Notes: generated by a model not told the origin, from the sequence alone. A DNA stretch of 64,000 bases from Octopus bimaculoides (GCF_001194135.2 NC_068983.1:163801968-163865967); one strand, 5' to 3'; shown: positions 13,008-25,629, numbered from the stretch's first letter. Numbers and translations: made by a program.

Positions 13008-14933
13008 GAAAGAGAGAGAATGGTCTTGAGTATAGCTTAGTCCTGAAAAGGACTGACCTAGGGTTAAGAAAAAGTATAATCAACCAGTAACCTTCATTTG
13101 GTCAAATTTGTCTTGGATTTCTTTTCAATAGTTGCATTCAGTCAATGGAATCAATTCTGCTATAAAACCAAACAAAGAAGCTTCTACATGGATATGAACG
13201 TTGCTAGAAATAACAACCAAATCTCCTTCAAGTGCTACCTTAATGTGTTAAATATGGAGAGGATACATTAGGTAAAGCAATCATAGATATCCCTAAAATG
13301 ATACGTTGGTCATGGTTGGAATGGTTTGCCTCCACAGAAGAGTCACATGGTCAATAGCTATCAATAGGAAAAAATGTGAAATAATGCTTTTAGTCTGCTG
13401 GTTGCACCTCTCTTACCAAATCAACACATTGAAGGATTATTGATTTCTTTGCAAAAGTCACAAGGTTAATGTCTTTTTTTTTTTATTTGTTATTTAAGAA
13501 TGGATTGTAATCAATTGAGCCGCTAATATCAGTTGAGCTTACCTCAGCAGTTTAATAGCATTTATTTTATTGATCTATGAGGGTTGAGGAAATTCACTGG
13601 AATTTGAGCTGAAAATGTATAAAATTGCTTTTAGTAAAGTCCTACTTTAACAAGAGATATTGATTTTTATTTATATATTTTTTTCTCTATAGGTACAACA
13701 CAATATTTGGTTAAACCAATTCCATTAGTTGCCTGGTATTTATTTTGTCATTCCTTGAAGTGATGGAGAATATAGTCAACTTACCAAAGTGAACTCGCTA
13801 TCACCGCTCTTCCATTTCTTCAAATCACTGCATATCTTTAACATGAGTACATGACCACACTTCATGGTACTTTATCTGCCATCATTTTACGGTACTTTAT
13901 CCACCCTCACACATCCATGTAAGTGCAACATCTTCACCACTAGGCCATGAGCCTTCACACACACACACACAAACATACACACACACACACACACATGTGT
14001 GTGTGCATGTGCATGCACACATACACACATTGCTTTAGTAAATAGTAGTAAATTTTTTTCAAAGAAACCTCTTAACTGTTTTAGTGAAATATGTTCAACA
14101 AGGCGATAATTGGATGTAGGACATGATAAAGTATGTTATCGTCTATGTTGTGTTGTATTGTATGTTGTATCGTTTAGAGTCAAGTAGAGTTGCAAGGAGT
14201 TAAGGTTCCAGCCATCAGTAATCAATTGTATTGGGAACTTCATGTAAGGTAGTTATTCTACAGTTCTTCGTATTGATCTTCCGCTTTCTATCTGCTGTTC
14301 TTTTGACACCGGTGACTCTTAGACCTTGATTATCTCTCCGGCATGAATAAAAAACAAAAAACAAAAACAAAGAGTTTAAATCCAATCCGATTCCCCCCAA
14401 CACAGAGGCTCATTAATTTTCCTGTCAGTTCTACAGAATATTTTCTTTCTTTCTTCAATATGCTTCCTTTCTTACCTATGTGAACAATCGATTCGGTTTT
14501 ACCGGTTTTTTTGTGTGTCTAAGTGAAAACACGAAGGACAGCTAATGTAAATATTTTATAAGATTTCCAAGGAAAAAAAATATTTGCAAGAAACCACAAC
14601 TCAAGTTTGCAGCAGTAGGAAGCAACACATGGAGATACGGAGTTATCAATAACTTGGATATTCCTTAATTTTCCAATCATGGAACTGGTAACTAGTGATA
14701 GCCTTCATTAATACATACATACATACATACATACATACATACATAGGGACAATTAGTTCTAAAAGTCCGTCATAATATCATTCCTGTCAGCAGAACGCAT
14801 TGGTTACACGAGTCGAAACTGGTTGTTAATTACAACTGGTTGTTAATTACAACACCACTAATCAGGATTCAACTCTGAACATGAGCCAGAGATATATTTT
14901 ACAGACTTTTTTAGATTGAAAAATACTTTTTTT

Positions 14934-15273
14934 TAGAAGATCACTATTTGTAAATCTCATAAGGAGAGATATTCAGCAACAGTACTTTGGAGTAAAGATT
15001 ATTTGCCAACATAACATGGCAGTCCTGGTTTAGGACGAATGTTGCTGTAATTTAGCCCCAGGAGAATCGTCTCCAGCTGGCTGTATGATACGATGTGTCC
15101 TTATATTTTTGAGCTGAGTAGGGGTGCTAGATTCCTTTGTTCAAAAATATAAGGACACAGATAGTGTCATATAGCCAGCTGGAGACGATGTCTTCTGGGG
15201 CTAAATTACAGCAACATTCGTCCTAAACCAGGACTGCCATGTTATGTTGGCAAATAATCTTTAGTCCAGTACT
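14934..15273. mobile_element. Foldback element copy 2
   Basis: Same arms as 583-880 in the opposite orientation; retains about 30 bp of the right inner arm. Confidence 0.85.
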
Positions 15274-15314
15274 TTTTTTGTACAAAATAGAAGTGGATAC
15301 AAGACTGAACCTTA

Positions 15315-15358
<44 letters not shown>

Positions 15359-15429
15359 TGCTTGTTTACATAATTCTGTACACCCGTATAGTGATCACAT
15401 ACATGTGATGGGGCATCTAATGCCAAAAA

Positions 15430-15790
15430 ACAGAAAACCACAAATCTGTTTGACAGAACAACTCTTCCCTCCTCAACTCCCTGTATTGACTTCATCTTCT
15501 TAGGCCTCTTGATTCCTCGGGGTGAATAGGGTCACTCTATATCGATTTGTTGAACATCAATGGGTTGCTTTACCTTTTTATTTATTTGGTCTGAATTAAG
15601 GAGCTGTTCCTTTCATATTTCCATCTTTCCTAGGCCAATAAGATTCCTTCCCTCATCATCAGAGAATATTCTGAGCAACTTCATCAATCTGTCCCCATCA
15701 ACCTGTCTCTCCCTCTGTCAGACCAGTCTCATCTCTTTCTTTCTAATCTTCATACCTGTTCATCCATCCAACAAACTCTCTATCTGATCA
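15430..15790 (-). mobile_element. Possible degenerate CR1/L2-type LINE ORF1 remnant
   Basis: Long frame with only three stops, ending ...KKMKSIQGVEEGRVVLSNRFVVF; V.LSNRF is typical of CR1-group ORF1. Confidence 0.35.
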
Positions 15791-15849
15791 CTAGTATCTG
15801 AACTGCTATAAACATTTCACCTGCTACCACTGCAGGTAGAAATATTTTT

Positions 15850-16080
15850 GTAAGGAATTCCAGAGCATTGGAACATTCCGGGATGATAAACTGGGTCTAG
15901 TGTATAGGTGGGAGGTGGTGGGTACTGTATGCATAATGGGAAGAGGAGAGACAAGTGTGTTGAAAGTGTCTGGGTGGAGCCAGCACAATACCAGCTGGGT
16001 GTGAGAAGCAGAGGCCATTCTAGTAGCAGTGGAAAAGATAAAGAGAGGATACAGTGTGTTTGTAGGCCAGAGACCAAAGG
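15850..16080 (+). mobile_element. Possible degenerate CR1-type APE endonuclease remnant
   Basis: NIPG**...VGGGGYCM...DKCVESVWVE...QLGV resembles IPGY...GGGV.Y...ESLWVE...GV.YRPP. Confidence 0.3.
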
Positions 16081-17116
16081 GTGTTTGCAAATGAGTTTAT
16101 TGCATTATTTAGTTGGTCAATGATATACCTTGTGTGCAACAGCTGCAACACCATCTCAGATGGGTGCGTAACGCTTCCTTGCAGACCTCATTTGAATTAT
16201 TTAGTTAAGTGGATAAATAAAATGTAGATAAGATATTGAAACAGTGAATAGAATGATTGGGTAGATGACTGGTTGGCTAAATAAGGAGAGAGGAAGAAAA
16301 TATGGCTGGTTAAATGGTTATATTGATCAATAATATTTGGTAAATAGAATGGTAGGAAGAAGATTAAACATAAAAAAAGTCATGTAAGAAAGAGATAGAG
16401 ATGAGACAGACAGAGAGATAAACAAAATGAAGAAGAGAGAGACAGAAAGACAGAGGGGTGGGGTGGGTGGGAAAGAGACAAGACAGTCAGGCAGATTTTA
16501 TTAAAAATCTTTCAAAAAAATAGTTAAAAAGCTCAAAATAAAGCATTCCTTCAAGTGAAACATTTTCCTGTGAAATACTACAGATGTGATGGCTATAAAT
16601 ATATTTCTAATCTTTTGTAAGTAAAACCTGTTACATTTTTCCTTTAAGATGTATTTTAATGATCAAAACTTCTCGCTGCACCTACGCAACCACTATCTTC
16701 CACTCCGTTTCTCTCCCTATTCCACATCCACTCCACCTCCTTACCCACCAGATAGCTTCTTTCTTAGTCTTCTTTTTCACTTTTATTTTCTTTCCACCCC
16801 ATCTTCTTCCTTCCTTGTTCTCTTTCTTTGCTCTCTCTCTAACTCTTTCTTCTTACATCATTCCTAAGCTTCCTTCTCTCTCTCTCTCTCTCCCTCTCTC
16901 TCTCTATATATATGTATATCATCATCATCATTCCCATCATTATTAATGCCATCATCATCGTTATTTAACATCTGCCATCCATGCACAAGTTAAATAAGAT
17001 GCCATATATCGATATAGAAATATATGTAAGTATGTATCTACATATGTATATATGTGTATGTGTGTATATATGTATATATATATACAAACACACATATATG
17101 TATGTAGATATGTATA

Positions 17117-17158
<42 letters not shown>

Positions 17159-17194
17159 ATGTATATACACACACATGCATAAAGCTCTAAGTCC

Positions 17195-17466
17195 ACTCTG
17201 TTGGGCGGTTGGTGTTATTCTTTGTAAGCCTAGTACTCATACTATCAGTCACTTTTGCTGAACCGCTAAGTCATGTGGACGTAAGCACACCCGCATTGGC
17301 TGTGAAGCGATGTTGGGCTTCTTTCAGTTTCTGTCTACCAAATCCACTCACAAGGTTTTGGTCGGCCCGAGGCTAGAAGCCACTTGCCCAAGGTGACACA
17401 TAGTGGGACTGAACCCAGAACTATGTGGTTGGTAAGCCAGCTATTTTCCACACAACCACTTCTGCA
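17195..17466 (-). mobile_element. SINE family A, internally deleted
   Basis: Reverse complement of head and 3' body joined without the microsatellite. Confidence 0.8.
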
Positions 17467-17488
17467 TGTATATATATATATATATATA

Positions 17489-17645
17489 GGAAGGGCATCC
17501 AGCTCATTAGGAAGAGCATCCAGCTGTAGAAACTCTGCCAAATTAGATTGGAGCCTGGTGTAGCCATCTGGTTCACCAGTCCTCAGTCAAACCGTCCAAC
17601 CCATGCTAGCATGGAAAGTGGACGTTAAACGATGATGATGATGAT
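17489..17645 (+). mobile_element. RTE family B 3' end inserted in (TA)n
   Basis: AGGAAGGGCATCCAGCT duplicated at the 5' junction; (GAT)n tail followed by (AT)n. Confidence 0.85.
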
Positions 17646-17974
17646 ATATATATATATATATATATATATCTGCGTCCGATTGATTTCTTTTTATTCCTCG
17701 AAGCGTCCTAGCCCACCCTTCAACTCATATTTTCACTAACCAAAGCTAGACCTCTCACTCCAATGTCATATATTACAACTATAATAGACTCACCAGTTAA
17801 CTTTTATGATTGGTTAAGATTCTTAAGTTGTTGTTGGTTACTGCTAGCTGTCACTTTCATAGCTATGCTTCAATGGTCAGCTGTCTTTTCTAGTTTATAT
17901 TTCCACTTGACTTGTTACACAACAATGGAAAAACAAAAAAATTACTTCCATTCTTACTCTTGGTACCAGCCATT

Positions 17975-18395
17975 ATCATTTCCCTTTCATCTTTTACTTG
18001 ATTTAGTCATTAGACTGCGGCCATGCTGGGGCACCACCTTGAATTAGTTTAGTTAAATGAATTGACTCCAGATTTTTTTTTTTTTGAAAGCCTGGTACTT
18101 AGTCTATCAGCAGGGCTAGCACAAGGTACCGGAAACTCGGGCAGTTGCCTGGGGTGCCATGTGATAGGGGACACGAAGAAGGGCGTAACAAAGACAAGGA
18201 AATTCCCACAACCATCAGATTGTACATGCCAAAGTTCAGCTTGCCTGGGGCACCAGCAGCCTTTAGGACAGCTCTGTCTATCAGTCTCTTTCACTGAACT
18301 ACTAAGTTGTAGGGATGTAAACATGCTAACATCATTTGTCAAGCAGTTTTGAGAGACAAACACAGACACAAAGATATGCACTGATATATATATGT
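17975..18395 (-). mobile_element. SINE family A 3' half (host of a hAT MITE)
   Basis: Matches the family A tail and body on both sides of 18111-18276. Confidence 0.8.
18111..18276. mobile_element. hAT-type MITE, 166 bp
   Basis: Termini CAGGGCT...AGCTCTG; perfect 8-bp TSD TCTATCAG at 18103-18110 and 18277-18284. Confidence 0.85.
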
Positions 18396-18547
18396 GTGTG
18401 TGTGTATACATTTCTTTCACTGTAGCCTTCTGATGATGGGCCTTTATACCTAAAATATAGAAAGGATTTTCAACTTTCATCTCTGCATTGTAGGAAGCTT
18501 TTCTCATTTCACTTTTCCTTTGTTATTCCATTTCTGTTACAAGAGTA

Positions 18548-18720
18548 GGTGCAGGAGTGGCTGTGTGGTAAGTAGCTTGCTTACCAACCACATGATTCTG
18601 GGTTCAGTCCCACTGCATGACACCTTGGGCAAGTGTCTTGTACTATAGCCTCGGGCCAACCAAAGCCTTGTGAGTGTATTTGGTAGACAAAAACTGAAAG
18701 AAGCCTGTCATATATATATA

Positions 18721-18771
<51 letters not shown>

Positions 18772-19100
18772 NNNNNNNNNNNNNNNNNNNNNNNNNNNNN
18801 NNNNNNNNNNNNNNNNNNNNNNNNNNNNNNNNNNNNNNNNNNNNNNNATATGTATATGTATATATGTATGTATGTGTGTATATGTTTGTGTATGTGTGTT
18901 TGTCCCCCCAACATTGCTTGACAACTGATGCTGGTGTGTTTACATCCCCGTAACTTAGCGGTTCGGCAAAAAGAAACCGATAGAATAAGTACTAGGCTTA
19001 AAAAGAATAAGTGCTGGGGTCGATTCGCTTGACTAAAGGCGGTGCTCCAGCATGGCTGCAGTCAAATGACTTGAAGCAAGTAAAAAGAAAGAAAAGAAAG
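18548..19100 (+). mobile_element. SINE family A, full length (gap in microsatellite)
   Basis: Head, body and tail all present. Confidence 0.9.
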
Positions 19101-19331
19101 TGTATTTCAGTGTCCATACCGAATATGGATGCAGCAGCATTTCGTCCATTTTTATGTTTTGAGGTCAAATGCCACCAAGGTCAACTTGACTTTTGGGGTT
19201 GATGAGCACTAATGTCGATGTAATCAACTTAGCTGCTTTCCCAAAATTGCTGGCCTTGTGCCAAAATTTGAAACCAATATTTCATTGCATTCTCTTCAAA
19301 TAAGGGGCTTGTAATCAAGCTGTTTCATTAA

Positions 19332-19656
19332 CCCTTTTGATACCAACCTGCCTGGGACTGCCCCTGCTTCTTTGATATGAACTTTTTGCTTTACAGGGAT
19401 CTCAATTAAAACCCCACATCAAAATCCCATGTTAATTTATGTTTCAAACACCAGCTTAATAATGACAGAATTATTTTAATTAATTCTTCATTATTTTCAA
19501 AATTAAATGAAAGAAACGCAGTGCATTTCGTTAGAAATGTGATAAGGAAACGGGTTAATAACGACAAAGTTATTTTACTAATTTCTTCATTCTTTTCTAA
19601 ATTAATTGAAACAAATGCTGTGTGTTTTAAAAGAAATATGCTAATGAAACGGTTAA
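19332..19656 (+). mobile_element. piggyBac-like MITE with duplicated 3' segment
   Basis: TTAA|CCCTTTTG...AAACGGG|TTAA (19332-19554), then a repeat of the last ~100 bp to GGTTAA at 19656. Related copies at 25370-25590, 44580-44743 and 53174-53262. Confidence 0.7.
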
Positions 19657-20084
19657 TATATTTATGCTTCATTTCAACTTCCCTCCGTATCTTCTGAACC
19701 ATTGATAAAACATGACATGATATCATTCCACACATATTTAATTTATTTCATAAAACAATGTTGGAATTTCGCTTAAGGTGCAACTACAACTCCCACTGCT
19801 TTGTGACTCCAAAGTACATTACTCTTTCCATCCTATATTCCATACTAACACATAACTATATTCCATATTCCATGATCTCAAATATAAACATCCAATATTC
19901 TGTGTTGTTTGATATGAATAAATAGGGAGCAAAATGTAAGCCCTTAATAATTAGGGTCTGTAAAACAGTTTTTGCATCTTGGTTGAGGCCAATCCCTTTT
20001 GCTTAAACAAAGAATATTTCTGGAAAAGCCATAAGCATGGGGACTTCCCATTAGGTTCACCTCCACCACAAAACATACATTATC

Positions 20085-20770
20085 TTTTATCTTTTACTTG
20101 TTTCTGTCATTTAACTGTGGCCATGCTAGGGCACTGCCTTGAAGTTCTTTTAACCAAATGAATTGAACCGAGTACTTTTTCTTTTTGTTTTTTGGGCTTG
20201 ATTCTTATTTTATTGGTCTCATTTACTGAACTACTAAGTGATGGAAGCATAAACACACCAACACCGGTTGTCAAGCAATGGAGGGAGACAAACATAAACA
20301 CACACACACACACACATATACGATAGGCTTCCACACAGTTTCCATCTACTCAATCTCCTCACAACACTATTATATCTCTGGAGCAGACAAGGTCACATGA
20401 CTGAAAGTCGATGATTGAAACTGTGTAGAAGCTCATCATGCATACAAACATACATACATACACACACATGCATACATACAGAAGCACACATACACACATA
20501 CACAGATACATACATACACTCACACATATACATACTTACACATATGTATGTGTGTGTGTGTGTCTTTGTGTTTGTCATCCTTGCATTGTTTGACAGCTGG
20601 TGTTGGTTTGTTTACATCTCCATAACTTAGCAGTTCAGGAATAACCTCCAATAAAACAAACACCAGACTTAAAAATCCATTAGGATCCATTTGTTTGACG
20701 AAACCCTCCAAGACTAAACCATGCTCCAGCATGGTCACAGTTCAAGGACTGAGATAAGTAAAAGATAAAA
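20085..20770. mobile_element. Two SINE family A copies in opposite orientation (20085-20345 minus, 20395-20770 plus)
   Basis: Family A 3' halves with tails pointing outward. Confidence 0.75.
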
Positions 20771-21125
20771 AAAAAATGTTAAATAGCTAACACAAAGTCT
20801 GAGAGTCATTATGGTAATCGTTAAGTATTGACACTGAAACCATTTCATGTTTTTGAAACGAGACAAGCATCATTTAATATTCTCTGACATTGTCACATTC
20901 ATTATTCTCAATCACCATTTTCTATTAAAAAACAAGAAAACCGTCTTCAACAAAGCAAAGCTGAATGCTGACTGCCAGAACGTTATATAACGATGTTGTT
21001 CTAGACAAGCGATGGAGCAACTGTTTAGTGTGGTGGGCAAAAATTTCCCAAGACAATAAAGAGGTCTTCAGGAGGATCACAAGTTCTAATTCTTACATTC
21101 GTGTAAATCTTGTATATATATTATA

Positions 21126-21272
21126 GGTGCAGGAGTGGCTGTGTGGTAAGGAGCTTGCTTACCAACCACATGGTTCTGGGTTCAGTCCTACTGTATGACA
21201 CCTTCTACTATAGCCACAGGCTGACCAAAACCTTGTGAGTGGATTTGGTAGACGGAAACTAAAAGAAGCCTG

Positions 21273-21307
<35 letters not shown>

Positions 21308-21547
21308 AGTGTGTGTATTTTTGTGTGTGCGTTTATGTTTGTGTGTGTGTGTTTGTCCCCCCACCATCACTTGACAACCAATGCTGGTGTGTTCATGTCC
21401 CCATAACTTAGCAGTTCAGCAAAAGAAACCAATAGAATAAGTACCAGGCTTACAAAAAATAAGTCCTGGGGTCAATTTGTTCGACTAAAGGTCGTGCTCC
21501 AGCATGGCCGCAGTCATATGATTAAAACAAATAAAAGAACAAAAGAA
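21126..21547 (+). mobile_element. SINE family A, full length
   Basis: Head, body, microsatellite and tail present. Confidence 0.9.
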
Positions 21548-21900
21548 TATGTATGTATAATTCGATATACATTAATAAAGATAAGTTTAAACACATTAAA
21601 TTAACGCATAACATCTTCATTAACGCCGCCACTGAATTTAGAACTTAGGTATTACTTATGAGGTATTCTATATTTTTCCAGCTAAAGTGTAGTTGGGTCT
21701 CAAGGGGGTGGTACAAACCTAGCAATATGGGTTTTGTAGTGAAAACAAAATTTCCATTCAAATGGCAATTACCAGACGATTTTCTGTTCGAGTCTAATCG
21801 TTTTAAGTCGCAGTGGAAAAGCGACCTATGTTGCACAGAGGCATACGAATATTGAATAAGTTTTGTAATTGAAAAATTTATTATATTTTGTACATACGAG

Positions 21901-21986
21901 TAGACCAGCCTGCGGGCGCAATAAAATGGGCTCGCGGGTGAAATTGCGCCTGCGAGCCCATCTTATTGCGCCCAGAGGCTGTTCTA
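21901..21986. mobile_element. GC-rich 86-bp palindrome, probable tiny hAT (Charlie-type) MITE
   Basis: 38-bp arms with 5 mismatches and a 10-nt loop; core CAGCCTGCGGGC...GAGGCTG flanked by GAGTAGAC and TTCTAGAC. Confidence 0.65.
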
Positions 21987-22020
21987 GACTGATTGTATAT
22001 AATGTTACTAACTTTATATC

Positions 22021-22479
22021 AGAAAATTACTATTTTTAAATCTCACAACGAGAGATATTCAGCAACAGTACTGTGAAGTAAAGATTGTCTGCCAACATAA
22101 CATGGCAGTCCTAGTTTAGGATGAATGTTGCTGTAATTTAGCCCCAGGAGACATTGTCTCCAGCTTGCTATACAACACAATCTGTGTCCTTATATTTTCA
22201 AACAAGGGAATCTAGTACCCCCACTCAGCAATTTCTGGGTTATTTCTCTTCATCAGCACAGAATAATTATTCAGCTGATGAAGGGAAATGTCCTGGAAGT
22301 CGTGATACACAAATATTGTTTTGAGCTGAGTGGGGATGCTAGATTCCCCTGTTCAAAAATATAAGGACACAGATCGTGTCATATAGCCAGCTGGAGACGA
22401 TGTCTCCAGGGGCTAAATTACAGTAACATTCGTCCTAAACCAGGACTGCCATGTTATATTCGCAAACAATCTTTACTCC
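22021..22479. mobile_element. Foldback element copy 3 (most complete), with hammerhead-like cores at its centre
   Basis: Arms extend inward to GGGAATCTAGTACCCCCACTCAGC and GCTGAGTGGGGATGCTAGATTCCC; CTGATGA at 22275-22281 (+) and 22250-22256 (-). Confidence 0.85.
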
Positions 22480-23071
22480 TAATTTTACATCATCTTAAGA
22501 CCTGCGTAATGTTCTGGGATATTAAATGTTAGGGTCATTAAATAAAGTACCAGTTGAGCACTGGTATTGACGTAATCCATTAGCCACTGTCCCTGAAATT
22601 GCTGGCCTTGTGCCAAAATTTGAAACTGATATTTGTTAAGTGACAAAGGGATTAATTCAATAGAGACATGCATTATATTTATAGAAGCAGTAGATTACAA
22701 GATTGAAAGCGACATAATATTTGGTTTATTTTTGATATGATTCTAAAATAAGGTCAATGTTTTTCTTTTAATCCTTGTTCTACTTTCAATGGAATTAATA
22801 AAATAATTCCTGGTAATATTCTAAATTTGATTCAATTTCTTGTAATCTGATGCTCACATAATAAGTTGGTCCTGCATCTGGTGGGAAATAAATCATTAAT
22901 CAATCAGATGTGATTCATTTATTATCAGCGATCAGTTCCTATCACGTTGCTGAAGCTTATTTGTTTTTGATCAATGAGCTTGATGAGTTCAGTGTTTTTC
23001 TCTCTCTCACTAGTTTCAGCCATTGGACTGTGGCAATGCTGGAGCACTGCTTTGAGTGGGGTTTACATGAA

Positions 23072-23246
23072 CACAGAGTGTGACAAGGCCGGCCCTTTGA
23101 AATTACAGGTGCTTCTCACTTTTGTCACAGCTGAGTGGACTGGAGCAGCATGAAATAAAGTGTCTTGCACAAGAACATGACGCGTCACTGGGAATTGAAC
23201 TCACAACCTTAGGATCATGAGCTGAATGCCTTAACCACTAAGTCAC
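23072..23246 (-). mobile_element. tRNA-derived SINE family F, 5' half
   Basis: Reverse complement GTGACTTAGTGGTTAAGG (A box)...GAGTTCAATTCC (B box)...CAAGACACTTTATTTCA. Confidence 0.75.
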
Positions 23247-23829
23247 ATATAAAAGACCATTTGAATCAGTAGCAAGCTTAAAAACAAATTAAATAATCCC
23301 TGGGTTTGATTCATTTGACTAAATTTCTTGAAGGCAGTACTCCAGTATGGCCACAGTCCAATGACAGAAACAAGTAAAAGATTAAAGATCCAAGACATAG
23401 TCTTGTGTTTTAGGATGGTTGGTTCCTTATTCTCTGATTCAATGTTTTGGGATTGACACACCCTCACCAACCGACTAACCAGCCAGCCAGCCAGCCATAA
23501 AGGAAATATAAATTAAAAGAGAATTTAAATTAAAAACTGTGTTTTACTAATTTTCCTGACCTAAAGGTACAGAAATGTGTTTCTTGTTTAATATCAGGAG
23601 ACTATAGTTAGGAAAAATAAATTAGAAATACCCAGAAAAAATTATTTTATTAAATATTTGCTTTTTTTCTTTTTTTAAATGTTGTTTCTTTTGGCGATTA
23701 GAAAAAAAACTAAGAACAGAAACAAGTTCGTCACTGTATATTTCGCAATAATTGATTTTAAATTAAATAACGATGCTAACTAATTAAAAAAATATCTTTG
23801 GTTTTAGTTGATTTAGGTGTACATACACA

Positions 23830-24217
23830 CATGTCTGCATACTCATGCTGATGTAAGCGCGTGCACACACATGCACACACACACACACACACACAAACAC
23901 TCACACACACCCACACCCACATACATACATGTCTGCATGCTCACACTGATATAAGCGCGTGCACACACATACATACACACACACACACACACAAACATTC
24001 ATACACACATACAAACACTCACTCACACACACACATCTGCACGTGCGTGCACATACACACACACACACACAATCACACATCCACACACACAAATATTCAC
24101 ACACACACACACCCACATGTCTGCATGCTCACAGTGGTATAAGCGCATACACACACACACACAAGCACTCACGCACACACAAACACTCACACACAGACAC
24201 ACAGACACACACAGACA

Positions 24218-24262
<45 letters not shown>
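23830..24262. repeat. Compound (CA)n with three copies of a ~35-40-bp motif
   Basis: CATGTCTGCATGCTCACACTGATATAAGCGC at about 23830, 23928 and 24116. Confidence 0.85.
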
Positions 24263-24264
<2 letters not shown>

Positions 24265-25090
24265 GAAATACCTAAAAGCTATAGGGAAAAAGAAATAACA
24301 ATATGTCATTTGACAAAAAGAAAAATGCGAGTTGCCGATAGGAATACAACGAAAAGTTTGGTAAAATATTCAGACATCAAATTTGAAGATAATGATGATA
24401 ATATAATTAATAATTTGTGATTATGGTGGATTCTGGGGGAAATTATAATCATTCGAATCAATCCTGAAACTTGACTGATATTAGTTTTATCAATCATGAT
24501 AGTTTTTTTATCACTCTTGCCCGAATGATATTTCGCCTGTCATATGAACAGAGAAAATATCAAACAAAAAAAAAACAAAAAAGAAAGAAAAAAAATAGCC
24601 ATGACTAATTCAAGAGAATAACATTGGTTGGAACTTAATCTTGGCCAGCAGAGTTTTAGAAAACTGTTATCTTCATTTCTTCAAGAATCCTTAGAAATTA
24701 AATTCATGCTGAAGTAGTTTGTCCCCAAATCATCATCGTCGTCATCATCGCCGTCGTCATCATTGTCATCATCGTCGTCGTCATCATCATCATTTAATAT
24801 CCACTTTTTCATGCTCTCATGGGTCAGACAGAATTCATTGAGACCAGATTTTCTTTAATTAGGTGCTCTCCCTGTCACCAACCCTCACCTGGTTCCATGC
24901 ATGCTAACATTCTATGTGGCCAGACATGTTTCCCTATGAAAACCTGCAAAAGAACAACATTGCTTGTATTGTGTTGATGCTCATTTCTAGGCAACATGAG
25001 GTTTTAGGACAAGATATGTATATATATATATATATATATATATNNNNNNNNNNTAAAATTAAAAACAGCAACACGGATTTTAAAGGCTAT

Positions 25091-25178
25091 TGCAGTATGC
25101 ACATTTCATGCTACTCCATTTATTTAAGTAATACGAGCATTACATTAAATGCAAAATGCAGAGCAATCTTCAGCTGCA
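25091..25178 (-). ncRNA. Minimal type-I hammerhead ribozyme motif, family E copy 1
   Basis: UGCAG-CUGAAGA-U-UGCUC...GGAGUAGCA-U-GAAA-U-GUGC-AUA-CUGCA; perfect 5-bp stem I. Confidence 0.7.
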
Positions 25179-25629
25179 CAAGGATACAGAAAATTTACTG
25201 AAAATTTCATTTCAGCAGAATGGACATATTACTGTTGTGGCAGCATTTAAAATCTAAGTGGGAAGAAGTAAAAGATAAAAGATCTCATAGTCTCTGGAAG
25301 GAGGATAGATACCTCCATAGTATTGAAATGCAGAATAGAAAAGGATGTAACTAGACTCTGGTAAACATTTTAACCATTCATCTTAAACTTTCTTTCATTC
25401 TCTCAATCTAACAAAATGTTTTAAAGTAAATTAAAATTTTCTATGAAAATTTCATGGTAATTTATGTTCCAAGCACCAGCTTAATAATGACAAAGTTAGT
25501 TAACTAAATTTTTAATTATTTTCAAAATTAATGGTGGAAAAGTTAGTATATTTCAAGAGAAATATGGTAGCAAGAAAGAAACTCTAAACCATTGTTGTCT
25601 TCTTATTGAATAATATTGGTTTCAGATTC

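Noticed and set aside
14200-14420. RTADRKRK...YEEL-like fragment suggesting a CRE-type endonuclease
   Set aside because: Needs several frameshifts, and the match is too short to support.
14780-14850. GAGTCGAAACTGGTT and other partial hammerhead-like strings (also near 51440, 51600 and 54900)
   Set aside because: The CUGANGA core or a matching stem is missing, so they cannot be distinguished from chance.
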